In this document: positions 38,841 through 47,930 of the stretch, in pieces
How the letters are laid out: each line of letters opens with the position of its first letter
Position numbering within the stretch: the first letter of the stretch is position 1
Sequence record: PV400810.1
Length of the DNA: 64,000 bases
Strand: one strand, 5' to 3'
Source: Pseudomonas phage vB_PaeM_GXNNA8
Notes under the pieces: model-generated
The model's input: only the letters and a program-made list of their open reading frames with translations
Told to the model about the DNA's origin: nothing
Database searches by the model: none
Translations under genes and position numbers: made by a program

Positions 38841-39509
38841 ATGGATAAGGTAACCGTGGTATATGAAAGCACCGCCTTGATTGATACGCGTACGGGGGAG
38901 TATCCTCTTTACATTGAGGATGTTCGGAAGAAGTTCCCTGACTGGCCCATTCCCAGTAAACTGCAAGCCAGTGCCTTGGAAGGAGAACCCTTCCTGATGG
39001 CTGTCGTTCAACTGACCCAGCCACCCGCCGGGGATGTACCGGTTGAACTCCCCCCTAAACAGATTGATGGGTATTGGACCCAGCAGTGGACTACTCGGGA
39101 CTTTACCCCTGAGGAAGTCGCAGAACGCCTCCGATCCGCTAAGGACATTCGTAAGAATGAAATCCAGAATGTGATTGCGGCGGCTTTCTACACAGGCATG
39201 GAAGTGCGATTCGGGGAGACGGTCCACACCCTCTTGATCGAATCCACCCACCGAATCCATTTGACGGCCTTGAGTATTCAGGCGAAAGAAGCATTGAGTG
39301 AAGAGAAACCCTTCTCCGCTTCTATTCGTACCAAGGAAGGTGTAACGCTTTCCCTGACCGCTCAAGAAACCATTGACTTGTCCAATGAAGTGACTTCTCG
39401 TATCCAGGAAGGACTGGAAACGATATGGTCCCTTATGGATAGAGCTGAAGCAGCCACCACCGCAGAGGAACTCCCTCCCGTTCCGGGTCCTTTGTTTGTG
39501 TTGAACTGA
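38841..39509 (+). CDS. Hypothetical protein (about 222 aa), possible fibre assembly/adaptor protein by position
   Basis: The ORF track starts at 38826. The ATG at 38841 has GAGGAG 7 nt upstream. Lies between the two Kelch genes. Confidence 0.55.
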   Translation: MDKVTVVYESTALIDTRTGEYPLYIEDVRKKFPDWPIPSKLQASALEGEPFLMAVVQLTQPPAGDVPVELPPKQIDGYWTQQWTTRDFTPEEVAERLRSAKDIRKNEIQNVIAAAFYTGMEVRFGETVHTLLIESTHRIHLTALSIQAKEALSEEKPFSASIRTKEGVTLSLTAQETIDLSNEVTSRIQEGLETIWSLMDRAEAATTAEELPPVPGPLFVLN

Positions 39510-39524
39510 AATCAGTAAGAGAGG

Positions 39525-40481
39525 GTGTTAATCCCTCTCTTTAGGAGCGGCTACATGTTAGAAAGTCAACTATTTACCCTTTCTGATGATAACCCCTACA
39601 TTCTGGGACGAATGGAATGGGTGACTCAAGTTCCTTTCAACGGTATTGCTAACTTCAGTGCGGGTATCGGTGGAGGGAAGATTCATATCTTCGGAGGTCA
39701 GTTTGCCGGTGGGGGTCAACAACAGACGTATACCCGTTATGACTTTACCACCCGTACGTGGGCCACTAGCGGGAATATCTCCGTATGGGCCTGGAGTGGC
39801 GGGTGTTACTGCAACAGTTCCTTCTGGGGTATTACGGGTAATAATGGGAACTACGTGAGTCACGTGTGGAAATTGAATCCTTCAACAGGGTCTTCAACGA
39901 ACTTGAATAATCTCCCGGATGGAGCCCGGGGACAAGGTCGGTGTATTACTCTGGATGATAAGACGATCTTCTGCATGGGGGGTTACATGGGGAGTACCAA
40001 TAAACCCACAGCCCTCAACCACCAGTATGACACCACCACCAACGTCTGGACCCGTAAAGCGGATATGCCGATGGCGCTCAATGGGCATTACATCGGACAG
40101 TTCAATGGAAAGATCTATGTATTCGGGGGATGGAACGACCCCGCGGGTACGTCAAGACTGGTCAGGGAATACGATCCCGTTACCAACACCTGGAGAACGG
40201 TAACAGAAGCACCTATTGCCAGTAGTTGGACTGGGGGGACTTCGTGGAAACAGTTTCTGATTCTCTGTGGTGTTGAAAACGGTTACATCGTGTTCCATAT
40301 TTACGACATACTGAAAGACCGTTGGTACAAGCAAATGACCACGGTAACTAAACGGTATGCCTTTGAGATGCTCACGGATGACAGCGGGATTTACCTGGTA
40401 GGGGGTGTTAATTCTTCCACCATTGGATCAGGAGATTACTACCAAGCAGGACGCTACCGAGATATCTACCGTTTCTTTTGA
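39525..40481 (+). CDS. Kelch-repeat beta-propeller protein (318 aa)
   Basis: GKIHIFGGQ, KTIFCMGGY, GKIYVFGGW, GIYLVGGV blades. Terminator at 40499-40531. Confidence 0.6.
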   Translation: MLIPLFRSGYMLESQLFTLSDDNPYILGRMEWVTQVPFNGIANFSAGIGGGKIHIFGGQFAGGGQQQTYTRYDFTTRTWATSGNISVWAWSGGCYCNSSFWGITGNNGNYVSHVWKLNPSTGSSTNLNNLPDGARGQGRCITLDDKTIFCMGGYMGSTNKPTALNHQYDTTTNVWTRKADMPMALNGHYIGQFNGKIYVFGGWNDPAGTSRLVREYDPVTNTWRTVTEAPIASSWTGGTSWKQFLILCGVENGYIVFHIYDILKDRWYKQMTTVTKRYAFEMLTDDSGIYLVGGVNSSTIGSGDYYQAGRYRDIYRFF

Positions 40482-40498
40482 AACAAAAATAAAATACA

Positions 40499-40531
40499 CC
40501 CCTAGGAGTAGCCCTTATGGGCTACTCCTAG
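40499..40531. terminator. Bidirectional terminator between 39525-40481 (+) and 40540-41040 (-)
   Basis: CCCCTAGGAGTAGCCC-TTAT-GGGCTACTCCTAG. Confidence 0.65.
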
Positions 40532-40539
40532 TGCGGTGT

Positions 40540-41040
40540 TTATTCCATTAACAAAACCGTGTAGATCTCTCCTCTGTCAATTTCCTTAAACCCAACTTTC
40601 CGGTAGAAGTTGATACCAGCTGTATTCTGGGTAAAGCATTGAACGTAGAGGAACCGGTTCACAGGATGTCCACCCCGTTGTAACTTGGACACCATAATCC
40701 GCCCTAAGCCTAGCTTCCGGAAGTCTTCTTCAACAAAGAGTGAGGTGATCTTGTTCTTAACCACCGCCAGATATCCCACGGCTTCTCCCAAGTGAGTAAC
40801 GAGTACTATCTTGTCGGTTATTTTGAAGAAGTCTTCGTACCGTTTCTCAATAACGGAGGGGTGGGGATTTTTACGGGCGGAGGGTTTAAACAGCTTACGG
40901 GTTGTTTTAGTACCAATGACGAGATGGAGTTCGTGGTGAAAGAGGTTTTCATACAGTGGTTTGAGTCTCTCCTTTAAATCGTCTGTAAAGGCACTTCTAG
41001 CGATAATTCTGATCTGGTAATGGGGTAGGGTACCTTTCAT
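40540..41040 (-). CDS. GNAT family N-acetyltransferase
   Basis: Motif A LFVEEDFRKLGLGRIMV (R-x-x-G-x-G) and motif B NTAGINFYRKVGF. Confidence 0.8.
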   Translation of the reverse strand: MKGTLPHYQIRIIARSAFTDDLKERLKPLYENLFHHELHLVIGTKTTRKLFKPSARKNPHPSVIEKRYEDFFKITDKIVLVTHLGEAVGYLAVVKNKITSLFVEEDFRKLGLGRIMVSKLQRGGHPVNRFLYVQCFTQNTAGINFYRKVGFKEIDRGEIYTVLLME

Positions 41041-41086
41041 GTTAAAAACTCTTTAAAGGGTGTTACAGCGCGTTACAGCATAGGTA

Positions 41087-41112
41087 GAGGTAGGGGTGTT
41101 ACCCCCCACCTC
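41087..41112 (-). terminator. Terminator 3' of gene 41124-41987
   Basis: GAGGTAGGGG-TGTTA-CCCCCCACCTC. Confidence 0.5.
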
Positions 41113-41123
41113 GTACTCACAGA

Positions 41124-41987
41124 CTATTTCGAGAACTTTTCCAACAGACGCTGGGTGTTGACTGACAGGTCAGATGTCTTTTGTTTGTGAGCGACATGTC
41201 GGGTTTCTTTCTTCTGGAGGTTATACCCCCGGGAGATTTGTTTACCCGGGAACTGGGAAATGTCCAACGGGAAGACAAACCCATTGCAGGCAATGAGATT
41301 CTTGTTAGGTCCCCTAGGATCCCAGTACAGCGCAACGCGAACACTGTCTTCATGAATGTGAGTGATCGTGAATTCCAGACGAACCATTTCCGGGAAGACC
41401 GCTTTAAACAGCTTGTAGAAGAAGTCCGGAAGGTGTTTAGCGGTGTTCTCGAAGAGCCCTCGACCTTTGCTGAGGTTGCTGGCGTACAGGGCGACTACCG
41501 CATCCTGAACCGACAACGACACCTTATCGATGATAAACGAGAAGGCAACGTCTTCACGGATCACCAAATAAGACGTATGGGTAGCGGTTCCCACGATGAC
41601 GATTTTGAAGGCCCCACCCTCCCGTTCGCTGATAACCGCATAGAGGATAATACCAGCGTCCAACTCAATGCTGCGACGAGGAGCGTCTTTCTCTTCCTTG
41701 GTGTGGGGAAGACCGGTGGCGATGTTGATCACCAACGTACGGGGATCGGGTGACGAACTGTAGGCCTTACACAACCCGTAGGTTTCCAGGGTGTGGTAGA
41801 ACGCTTTCTGGCCTTCGGTCAGACGGTGATGAACTTGGAGGACCAGTTGGTCAGGGTTCTCGATCGTATCCGGTCCCATGAGGTTTACCGGGAGGAATTT
41901 CGATTTACCGGGATGCGTCTTAGAAGACACTACCCGAACATCACCACCTTGGAAACTGTTGGTCTTCTTCTGGTTTTCTTCTTTCAT
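41124..41987 (-). CDS. Hypothetical protein (287 aa)
   Basis: ORF in an operon 43492 to 41124. Terminator at 41087-41112. Confidence 0.6.
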   Translation of the reverse strand: MKEENQKKTNSFQGGDVRVVSSKTHPGKSKFLPVNLMGPDTIENPDQLVLQVHHRLTEGQKAFYHTLETYGLCKAYSSSPDPRTLVINIATGLPHTKEEKDAPRRSIELDAGIILYAVISEREGGAFKIVIVGTATHTSYLVIREDVAFSFIIDKVSLSVQDAVVALYASNLSKGRGLFENTAKHLPDFFYKLFKAVFPEMVRLEFTITHIHEDSVRVALYWDPRGPNKNLIACNGFVFPLDISQFPGKQISRGYNLQKKETRHVAHKQKTSDLSVNTQRLLEKFSK

Positions 41988-41999
41988 GATGTAATCCTC

Positions 42000-42578
42000 T
42001 TACTTTCGGATGAGACGAACCACTGCATCAATGGGATGCCATTGAATCGGAACACTGTGGTCTTTAGCATTATCCAAGGTCGTTGTTACGATCAACCGAC
42101 CGGGTTTTTCAGGCTTCCATTCCAGAGACGCAATATACCCTTCCCCTTTCCATTCACCTTCAACAGAAATCACTCTGGGGACTAAGGATTCGTTCAAGAG
42201 CTCCATGAGATGGGGATACGCCACACTGTGCAGGTAGATAGCCTCCCGGGTACCGGTCATCCAGAGCCCTTTAAACAGGTTAAACCATATCTCCCGGTAC
42301 GCTGTACTGGGTAAAGGAACCTGAATAGTCCTCCGTCTTCCCTGGGTGGGGAAGAAGTAATACCGGCTCGCCTCCCGGTCACTGATCCCCACCAACCACC
42401 CCTCAGGCAGTTTAACGGACGAATAATACCGGATCGCGTATTGGAGCTTGTGGCGTACTAAGTGACACCGTTTCTTGTGGGACTTTTCCAAATGACCAAT
42501 GAAGAAAGAACCATCGTTGGGATCGATGTACAATCGACTGGACAAGAGACCCACAGGTTGGTCTGAGGTATTCAGCAT
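42000..42578 (-). CDS. Hypothetical protein (192 aa)
   Basis: ORF tightly packed between neighbours. Confidence 0.55.
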   Translation of the reverse strand: MLNTSDQPVGLLSSRLYIDPNDGSFFIGHLEKSHKKRCHLVRHKLQYAIRYYSSVKLPEGWLVGISDREASRYYFFPTQGRRRTIQVPLPSTAYREIWFNLFKGLWMTGTREAIYLHSVAYPHLMELLNESLVPRVISVEGEWKGEGYIASLEWKPEKPGRLIVTTTLDNAKDHSVPIQWHPIDAVVRLIRK

Positions 42579-42607
42579 GGGATTGATTCCCTCGGTAAGG
42601 TTACCGT

Positions 42608-43492
42608 TTAATGGCAGAACGAGTGATAAGGTACCAGGGTGGTACGATCTTTCTCACCGACGAACCAGTACTTATCTGTAGGTTTGAGTTTAACGGTACC
42701 GAATTCTCCCCGGTCATAGTTCATCCGCCACCAGTTCCCTTTACTCGCATCGAATCCCAGGATAATGATTTTATCCCCAGGGAGTTTGACTTCGGTGACT
42801 TCTTCGACTGTACTCTCATCCACGAGGTGGTAACCCAGAATCGATTGATACGCGTAGCGGTAGTACCGCTTACCGGTAATTTCAAAATCCCCGTAAGGGA
42901 CTTTGCACTCCGCAACTACGGTATAGCGACCGGTGAGCATTTGTTTCTGGACGAACATCCACCCCCCATAGAGACCACTTCCCACAACCGCCAAGAGCCC
43001 AACAACAATGGACCACAGTCGAATACGTTTCTTACGGTTATATTCCCGTACTCGCTTCAGCGCTGCCAATGCGCGTTCTGCGGCGTCTACGGTGTCTTCT
43101 TGGGTGAGTTCAGCCTTCTTACGAACCACCATCTCCAACAGGCCTTCTACCTGCTTGGTCTTCGGTTTAGTACCCAGGGTATTTCCTTTCAGGACATTCT
43201 CTTCATGTTCCTGGGTTACCGAAGTCTTCAAGGATTCCACTAATCGGTCCTCTTCCTGTTTGAGAGCGGCTTTCCACTCGATGTATTCAGGGGTTCCCTT
43301 CTTCGGCTGAAGGGCGGGGTGAGAATAGCGGTTGAGGATGTCCGACGTACCTGGATGTTGTATGACGTCCTCTTTGGACACCGGAGTTACGTCTTCCCCT
43401 GCGTTGTCCAGTTCATTGAGTGCCTTATCCAAGTCTTCATCAGAGATAGACGTAAGACCTTGTTTATCAGGATTGTTCTCATTCTTCGGCAT
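42608..43492 (-). CDS. Hypothetical membrane-anchored coiled-coil protein (294 aa)
   Basis: Acidic N-terminus, one TM helix (LWSIVVGLLAVVGSGLYGGWMFV), C-terminal globular part. A promoter-like GGTTATTACCG element lies 42 bp upstream. Confidence 0.6.
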   Translation of the reverse strand: MPKNENNPDKQGLTSISDEDLDKALNELDNAGEDVTPVSKEDVIQHPGTSDILNRYSHPALQPKKGTPEYIEWKAALKQEEDRLVESLKTSVTQEHEENVLKGNTLGTKPKTKQVEGLLEMVVRKKAELTQEDTVDAAERALAALKRVREYNRKKRIRLWSIVVGLLAVVGSGLYGGWMFVQKQMLTGRYTVVAECKVPYGDFEITGKRYYRYAYQSILGYHLVDESTVEEVTEVKLPGDKIIILGFDASKGNWWRMNYDRGEFGTVKLKPTDKYWFVGEKDRTTLVPYHSFCH

Positions 43493-43533
43493 GGTTATTA
43501 CCTTTTTGGGTTGGTGTATTGAAAAATTTAAAG

Positions 43534-43546
43534 CGGTAATAACCCC
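43534..43546 (-). promoter_or_regulatory. Weaker promoter-like element (minus sense GGGGTTATTACCG), 42 bp upstream of gene 42608-43492
   Basis: One mismatch to the TATATTAC core. Confidence 0.3.
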
Positions 43547-43592
43547 TACCCCGCTCCACCGGAGCGTTAAGCCCAGTGGAGCAGGTAGAGGA

Positions 43593-44174
43593 TCAAAGTC
43601 CCACCCGAGTGAGTAGGAAGGGGACTGAAGTGTTCATCCCAGTCCGGAGATCTTGGTAATTCACCAAACCGAACAAAGGATGAGGCGTTTTGAAGGTAAT
43701 CCCTACGTTGTAAGGATGGCCGTCTACGGTCACGTCAATACCGGGGGTGCGCATGGGACGGAGAATACTCAGGATCGTTTTGGGATAATCGCGTTCCAGA
43801 AACTCGTCCTGCAATTTGTATACCGTTTCCGACACAGTAATACCCAACCGTACGTAGTAGTACGGGATGTTGTTATTCCGGTTGAACGCGAAGACCGCTT
43901 CTTCGCCGTACGCTTCAATATCTCGGTTATTCAGAATTCTGCCCGATACAAAGTTGGGGGTCTTAACGATGTTGTCGAGCAGATCGAGCGCGTAAATAAA
44001 CTCTTTGATCAACTGGGGGTCGAGGCCAAGTTTGTCAAACGTTTTCACAAACGCGGGATTAAAGGCATCCCGGATCTCGTGCAGAGGAAGATCATCGTCT
44101 TCCTTGCCGGGGGACGTAGAAAAGTTACCCCTTTTAGCAGTACTCATACTCATGGTGAATATTCCTAATGACAT
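43593..44174 (-). CDS. Hypothetical protein (193 aa)
   Basis: ORF. Promoter motif 62 bp upstream (44236-44257). Confidence 0.6.
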   Translation of the reverse strand: MSLGIFTMSMSTAKRGNFSTSPGKEDDDLPLHEIRDAFNPAFVKTFDKLGLDPQLIKEFIYALDLLDNIVKTPNFVSGRILNNRDIEAYGEEAVFAFNRNNNIPYYYVRLGITVSETVYKLQDEFLERDYPKTILSILRPMRTPGIDVTVDGHPYNVGITFKTPHPLFGLVNYQDLRTGMNTSVPFLLTRVGL

Positions 44175-44235
44175 TTAAAGCACCAGTTGCAAGAGAATTC
44201 ATTCATCCGTGAACTTTTATTGCCCCTGGCTCACA

Positions 44236-44257
44236 CTGATGATGTAGATTTGAAATT
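44236..44257 (-). promoter_or_regulatory. Promoter-like motif CTGATGATGTAGATTTGAAATT, 62 bp upstream of gene 43593-44174
   Basis: Family member. Confidence 0.5.
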
Positions 44258-44294
44258 CACTGGAATTGAAATGAGGTACGAAGGAGAGGTAAAC

Positions 44295-44320
44295 TACCCA
44301 GTGGGCTAGCCCACTGGGTA
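44295..44320 (-). terminator. Terminator 3' of gene 44331-44966
   Basis: TACCCAGTGGGC-TA-GCCCACTGGGTA perfect palindrome. Confidence 0.6.
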
Positions 44321-44330
44321 GTTATCTGGC

Positions 44331-44966
44331 TTACGGTTGGGGTTCGGGTTCAGGCTGAGTGATTTCTTTGAATTCCAGACGACCGTAGTCAGTTTCCGGA
44401 ATCTCGATGATCGGAGCCTTACCAATTTCGTACACGAGCTCGCCGCGGGTGAACGGGTTGGTGGTTACCTTGAGCACCTTGGCGGTGGCGGTGTCGACAT
44501 CGGCGTCGTCCAGGACGTATTCGAAGTTGGCCTTGAACAGCGCCAGGGCGTCGGCGGCTTGGGTTTCAGTGGTGGTGGTGGAAGCCAGCACCAGGCCCAC
44601 GCGTTGAACCGCTTCTTCGCCTTCACCGACCAGGTAAACGTAGGCACCCGGGGTGGTCTGCTCGGCCAGTTGGTCTTCGCCGGTCAGAGGAGCACCTTTG
44701 TTCACCACCACGAAGGCGAACGGAGTGTTGATGTTTGCCGGGAGCCATTTTTGTTCGACACCCTTGAAGTTGCGGCTCACAGAGGTGACCGTGGCGCTTT
44801 GCAGCTCGGGGTTGGTACCGTCGGCGGTGATATCGGAGATCGTGATGTCCGCGAGGGTCAGGCCGTCAAAGAGAGCGAGCATTTCTGCGTCGTCTTTGTA
44901 GCGGTCTTTGTTGAACTCGACGAATTTGTCGAGAAAGATCGTTTGGATTGGAAGGTTTGAAGCCAT
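44331..44966 (-). CDS. Hypothetical protein (211 aa), GC-rich paralog of 32051-32644
   Basis: N-terminal homology to the 197-aa protein (see that entry), which is the reason for preferring this strand over the antisense 207-aa ORF. Local GC is about 60%. Terminator at 44295-44320. Confidence 0.65.
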   Translation of the reverse strand: MASNLPIQTIFLDKFVEFNKDRYKDDAEMLALFDGLTLADITISDITADGTNPELQSATVTSVSRNFKGVEQKWLPANINTPFAFVVVNKGAPLTGEDQLAEQTTPGAYVYLVGEGEEAVQRVGLVLASTTTTETQAADALALFKANFEYVLDDADVDTATAKVLKVTTNPFTRGELVYEIGKAPIIEIPETDYGRLEFKEITQPEPEPQP

Positions 44967-45088
44967 TGCTTTATCCTCTTAAAGGTGGTCCAATGGGAGT
45001 AAGTCAAAAGAAGTTACAAGACTCACTGCATAGGATGTCTACCTCCTTCAAATGCTTCGTCATCCATCGATTTCCTTAAAAAAAAAAT

Positions 45089-45119
45089 AAAGGAGTAGGG
45101 GTCTTCCCCCTACTCCTTT
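45089..45119 (-). terminator. Terminator 3' of the GroEL-like gene
   Basis: AAAGGAGTAGGGG-TCTT-CCCCCTACTCCTTT, preceded on the plus strand by an A10 run. Confidence 0.6.
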
Positions 45120-45128
45120 ACAAACCCC

Positions 45129-46811
45129 TTACCGCACCTTAACCGCCGACAACTTCTCCCCTAGGATCAGTGTCTTCGTAGTGGCCAAGATCTTAGCGGT
45201 TTGGAGTCCGCCTTTCAGCGCAGTGATAGAGGCATACGCGGTGTCATAAATACCCAATCCCTCCGGGGTACCAATCTCACCAGTTGCCAGATTCATGACG
45301 GTCGGCGTATTGAGCCAATCATCATTAAAATGGAAACTCCCATTTTCCTTATACAGTGACGTGTCCTTGAACAACAGCTTATGCTGAATAGTGGACAGCC
45401 GCATCAACTCATTGGCAACGCCTGAGTTGATATACCGCTTAGCAAACTCAGCGCTCTGGTCTTTATCTTCGAGGCCTTCCTTGATCGTACCGAAGACCGC
45501 CTTAACCAGGGATACACCACCGCCAGGAAGGATACCGTTCTCCAAGGCGGAGCGAATGGCTTTCACCACATCCTCGTACCGGTCTACCCGTTCCTTGACT
45601 TCAGAATAGGTTTCACCGCCTACGGAAATGGTGATCAACTTACCCCGTAGGGTCCGAATACGCCGTTCGTTGTACCGGGCGCGTACGGAGAACTTATCGC
45701 TGAGGCTAAACCCCTCCAACAGTTCCTCAATACCCCGAGCATGTTGTTCGATCCGGTCTTCATCCTTAGGTGTGGTACTCTTCAGGATAGACCGATTCCC
45801 CCCCAGTTCCAGTTGGCCGTGTTGGCCATTGATCGAATGGGCATCCAACTTGGTCAGGTCCGCTACGTCACTGAGCATAGGGGCGTTCAGCATGACCGCG
45901 ATGTCTTGCAGTTCGGAAGTCCCAATTGCACCACCTACCGGCGTACTCAACGGAATCAACCAAGGGCGCCCATCTTCTACCAGGGTTGGGTGCGCCGCAT
46001 TCAATTGCATCAGGGTCGAGTTAGCGGCTTCTTCGAAACTTCGTGCAATCAGCAGGATGGGAAGGGTCAGGTGTTGTTTGTGAGTTTTCACAAGGTGATT
46101 CACCCCATCAATCAACTTCTGGGTGTCTTCCTTGTCAATCCGACGATCGATAACGAACGCCGTAAACCCTGTTAATTCTGTCACACCCCCTTGATGGCCT
46201 TTCGCAAACCAGGGATTCGCGTAGAACATACGGATGGTACGCCCTGTGGTTTGTTCGATCTGGTCTTCGAAGTTGACCCCTTCCTTGAGTTCAATATCCG
46301 GATAACTCCCTTTATTCTTCGCATAGAGGTCGCTGACCAGTCGGGCGAGCTTTTCATCCTGGTTAGACGAGGTCAGTGCCACTTGATACAACCGAGGGTC
46401 ATCCACTTCCACTCGTATCGCCATGGATTCCAAACGTTGGATAACCCGCTCTACCAGGTCTTCAATGTTCCGGTGGTGTTGGAAGCCTGGGAAGTCCTTG
46501 AACAGGTGATAGAGCGCATGGGTCAGCATGATGGTGGTGGTAGTGCCATCCCCGCATTCCTCATCGGTCTTCGTAGCCGGCTCGGTAATTACCCGGTTCA
46601 CCAATTCATGGGCTTCATCTGCAAAGCGAATGGAACGGGCTACCGTCACCCCATCCTTGGTGGTCTTGGTGGAGACCCCATTCTTGATCATCACCAACTG
46701 ACCATTCGGACCCATGGTCGAAGTGACGGCGTCATACACCTCACTCAAGACCTGTTTAATAATCCCTTGGGCTTCTTCACCATGTACCAGCAGCGTTTGA
46801 GACATCTTCAT
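45129..46811 (-). CDS. GroEL-like chaperonin (Cpn60 family), phage-encoded
   Basis: 560 aa. VTSTMGPNGQLVMIKNGVSTKTTKDGVTVARSI...GDGTTTTIMLTHAL aligns with GroEL VTLGPKGRNVVL...ITKDGVSVAREIEL...AGDGTTTATVLAQAI. AGGAG SD. Terminator at 45089-45119. Confidence 0.9.
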   Translation of the reverse strand: MKMSQTLLVHGEEAQGIIKQVLSEVYDAVTSTMGPNGQLVMIKNGVSTKTTKDGVTVARSIRFADEAHELVNRVITEPATKTDEECGDGTTTTIMLTHALYHLFKDFPGFQHHRNIEDLVERVIQRLESMAIRVEVDDPRLYQVALTSSNQDEKLARLVSDLYAKNKGSYPDIELKEGVNFEDQIEQTTGRTIRMFYANPWFAKGHQGGVTELTGFTAFVIDRRIDKEDTQKLIDGVNHLVKTHKQHLTLPILLIARSFEEAANSTLMQLNAAHPTLVEDGRPWLIPLSTPVGGAIGTSELQDIAVMLNAPMLSDVADLTKLDAHSINGQHGQLELGGNRSILKSTTPKDEDRIEQHARGIEELLEGFSLSDKFSVRARYNERRIRTLRGKLITISVGGETYSEVKERVDRYEDVVKAIRSALENGILPGGGVSLVKAVFGTIKEGLEDKDQSAEFAKRYINSGVANELMRLSTIQHKLLFKDTSLYKENGSFHFNDDWLNTPTVMNLATGEIGTPEGLGIYDTAYASITALKGGLQTAKILATTKTLILGEKLSAVKVR

Positions 46812-46847
46812 ACTCCTGTTAAACCATACCTAATTGCATTACACCTG

Positions 46848-46868
46848 GGTAATATAGGTTTATTAATT
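46848..46868 (-). promoter_or_regulatory. Promoter-like motif GGGTAATATAGGTTTATTAAT, 37 bp upstream of the GroEL-like gene
   Basis: Family member. The minus sense contains CCTATATTACC. Confidence 0.5.
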
Positions 46869-46869
46869 T

Positions 46870-47559
46870 CTACTGGGGATCGGGAAGAACGTCCTCAGAG
46901 GGTGTGTCACTCTGGAGCTCCTGGGGTTTATCCCAACCTAAGACCTTGCATTGCTTACGAAGACTCTTGATCTTAACCTGAGCCTCCTTCAAATAGGTCA
47001 CCAGGCATTGGAGAGCGCTGAGTTGAACTTCTAACAGCGCTTTGTTAAAGACCATCCCATCATTGTGGTGAATGTTCATCCACATCACAATGGTCCGGTG
47101 ACAATCCCCAACGCAGAACCTACCTGCCTTATCCTGGTCGATGAAATAGAAATAATGCCCCGTGAAGGGCGCTTCAATGTTCTCAGGGTTGAGCCACTGT
47201 CGCTTATAGACGGGTTCCTTTAGGGGTTTCTTCGGGTTATTGAGGACCTTTCTGAACGCCTTGCAATACTCCCGTACGCCCTGCTCCAGTAGATTGAGCT
47301 TATTGAAGAACAACACCAATTCAGGATCATTATCGTGCGAATGTAACCGAACAGTGATGTTCTCCATGTGGATATTGAAACGACCCGTCCAAAAGGTGGT
47401 GGGGGGATAGGCTAAAGGACTGACACTCATGGAGTAGAACACCGCGTCACCCCCAGTCCATTCCTCTTTACCCTCACCACCCTGGTCGCATAACCACCCT
47501 CTTCCATATTCCAACAACGATTGTCTTGACATAACCACCTCATAACAAATAAAGGACAT
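46870..47559 (-). CDS. Hypothetical protein (about 229 aa; start moved from a TTG to ATG 47559)
   Basis: GGAGGG lies 4-5 nt before the ATG at 47559. Confidence 0.55.
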   Translation of the reverse strand: MSFICYEVVMSRQSLLEYGRGWLCDQGGEGKEEWTGGDAVFYSMSVSPLAYPPTTFWTGRFNIHMENITVRLHSHDNDPELVLFFNKLNLLEQGVREYCKAFRKVLNNPKKPLKEPVYKRQWLNPENIEAPFTGHYFYFIDQDKAGRFCVGDCHRTIVMWMNIHHNDGMVFNKALLEVQLSALQCLVTYLKEAQVKIKSLRKQCKVLGWDKPQELQSDTPSEDVLPDPQ

Positions 47560-47598
47560 ACACCCTCCTGCCAATAAGGCAGGAGGGTGGGTCGTTAG

Positions 47599-47859
47599 CT
47601 ACTTCCGGACCAGGTAGTACGCTCCCCCAATCCGTTCGAACCGGTAACTCACCCCTTTGTTGCTAGCGGGGACGTCCGCATTCACTTCAATCTTGTTGCC
47701 CAGGTTGAAGGCAGCCAGGACTTTACCAACCACATCGTCAGCGGTAACCACCTCGCCCTCTACCGGGTTAATCACGTGAATACCTTCTGCTTTCAGTTGG
47801 TCCGACAGGATAGCAAAAGCAGCCAGACCCAGTTTTTGTTGGATTTTGATGGTAGTCAT
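47599..47859 (-). CDS. Hypothetical small protein (86 aa)
   Basis: ORF. Not recognised. Confidence 0.5.
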   Translation of the reverse strand: MTTIKIQQKLGLAAFAILSDQLKAEGIHVINPVEGEVVTADDVVGKVLAAFNLGNKIEVNADVPASNKGVSYRFERIGGAYYLVRK

Positions 47860-47930
47860 TCAGGTTCCTTATAGGTCATTAACGATTGAGTTGTCATTCC
47901 GAGGTAAAGAATAGGAGCGGGTGTTCGGAA

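Noticed and set aside
41181-41753. 190-aa plus-strand ORF antisense to 41124-41987
   Set aside because: It is embedded in a minus-strand operon with no promoter or SD context.
44337-44960. 207-aa plus-strand ORF antisense to 44331-44966
   Set aside because: The minus-strand product is a clear paralog of the 32051 protein. The plus ORF is a GC-driven shadow ORF.
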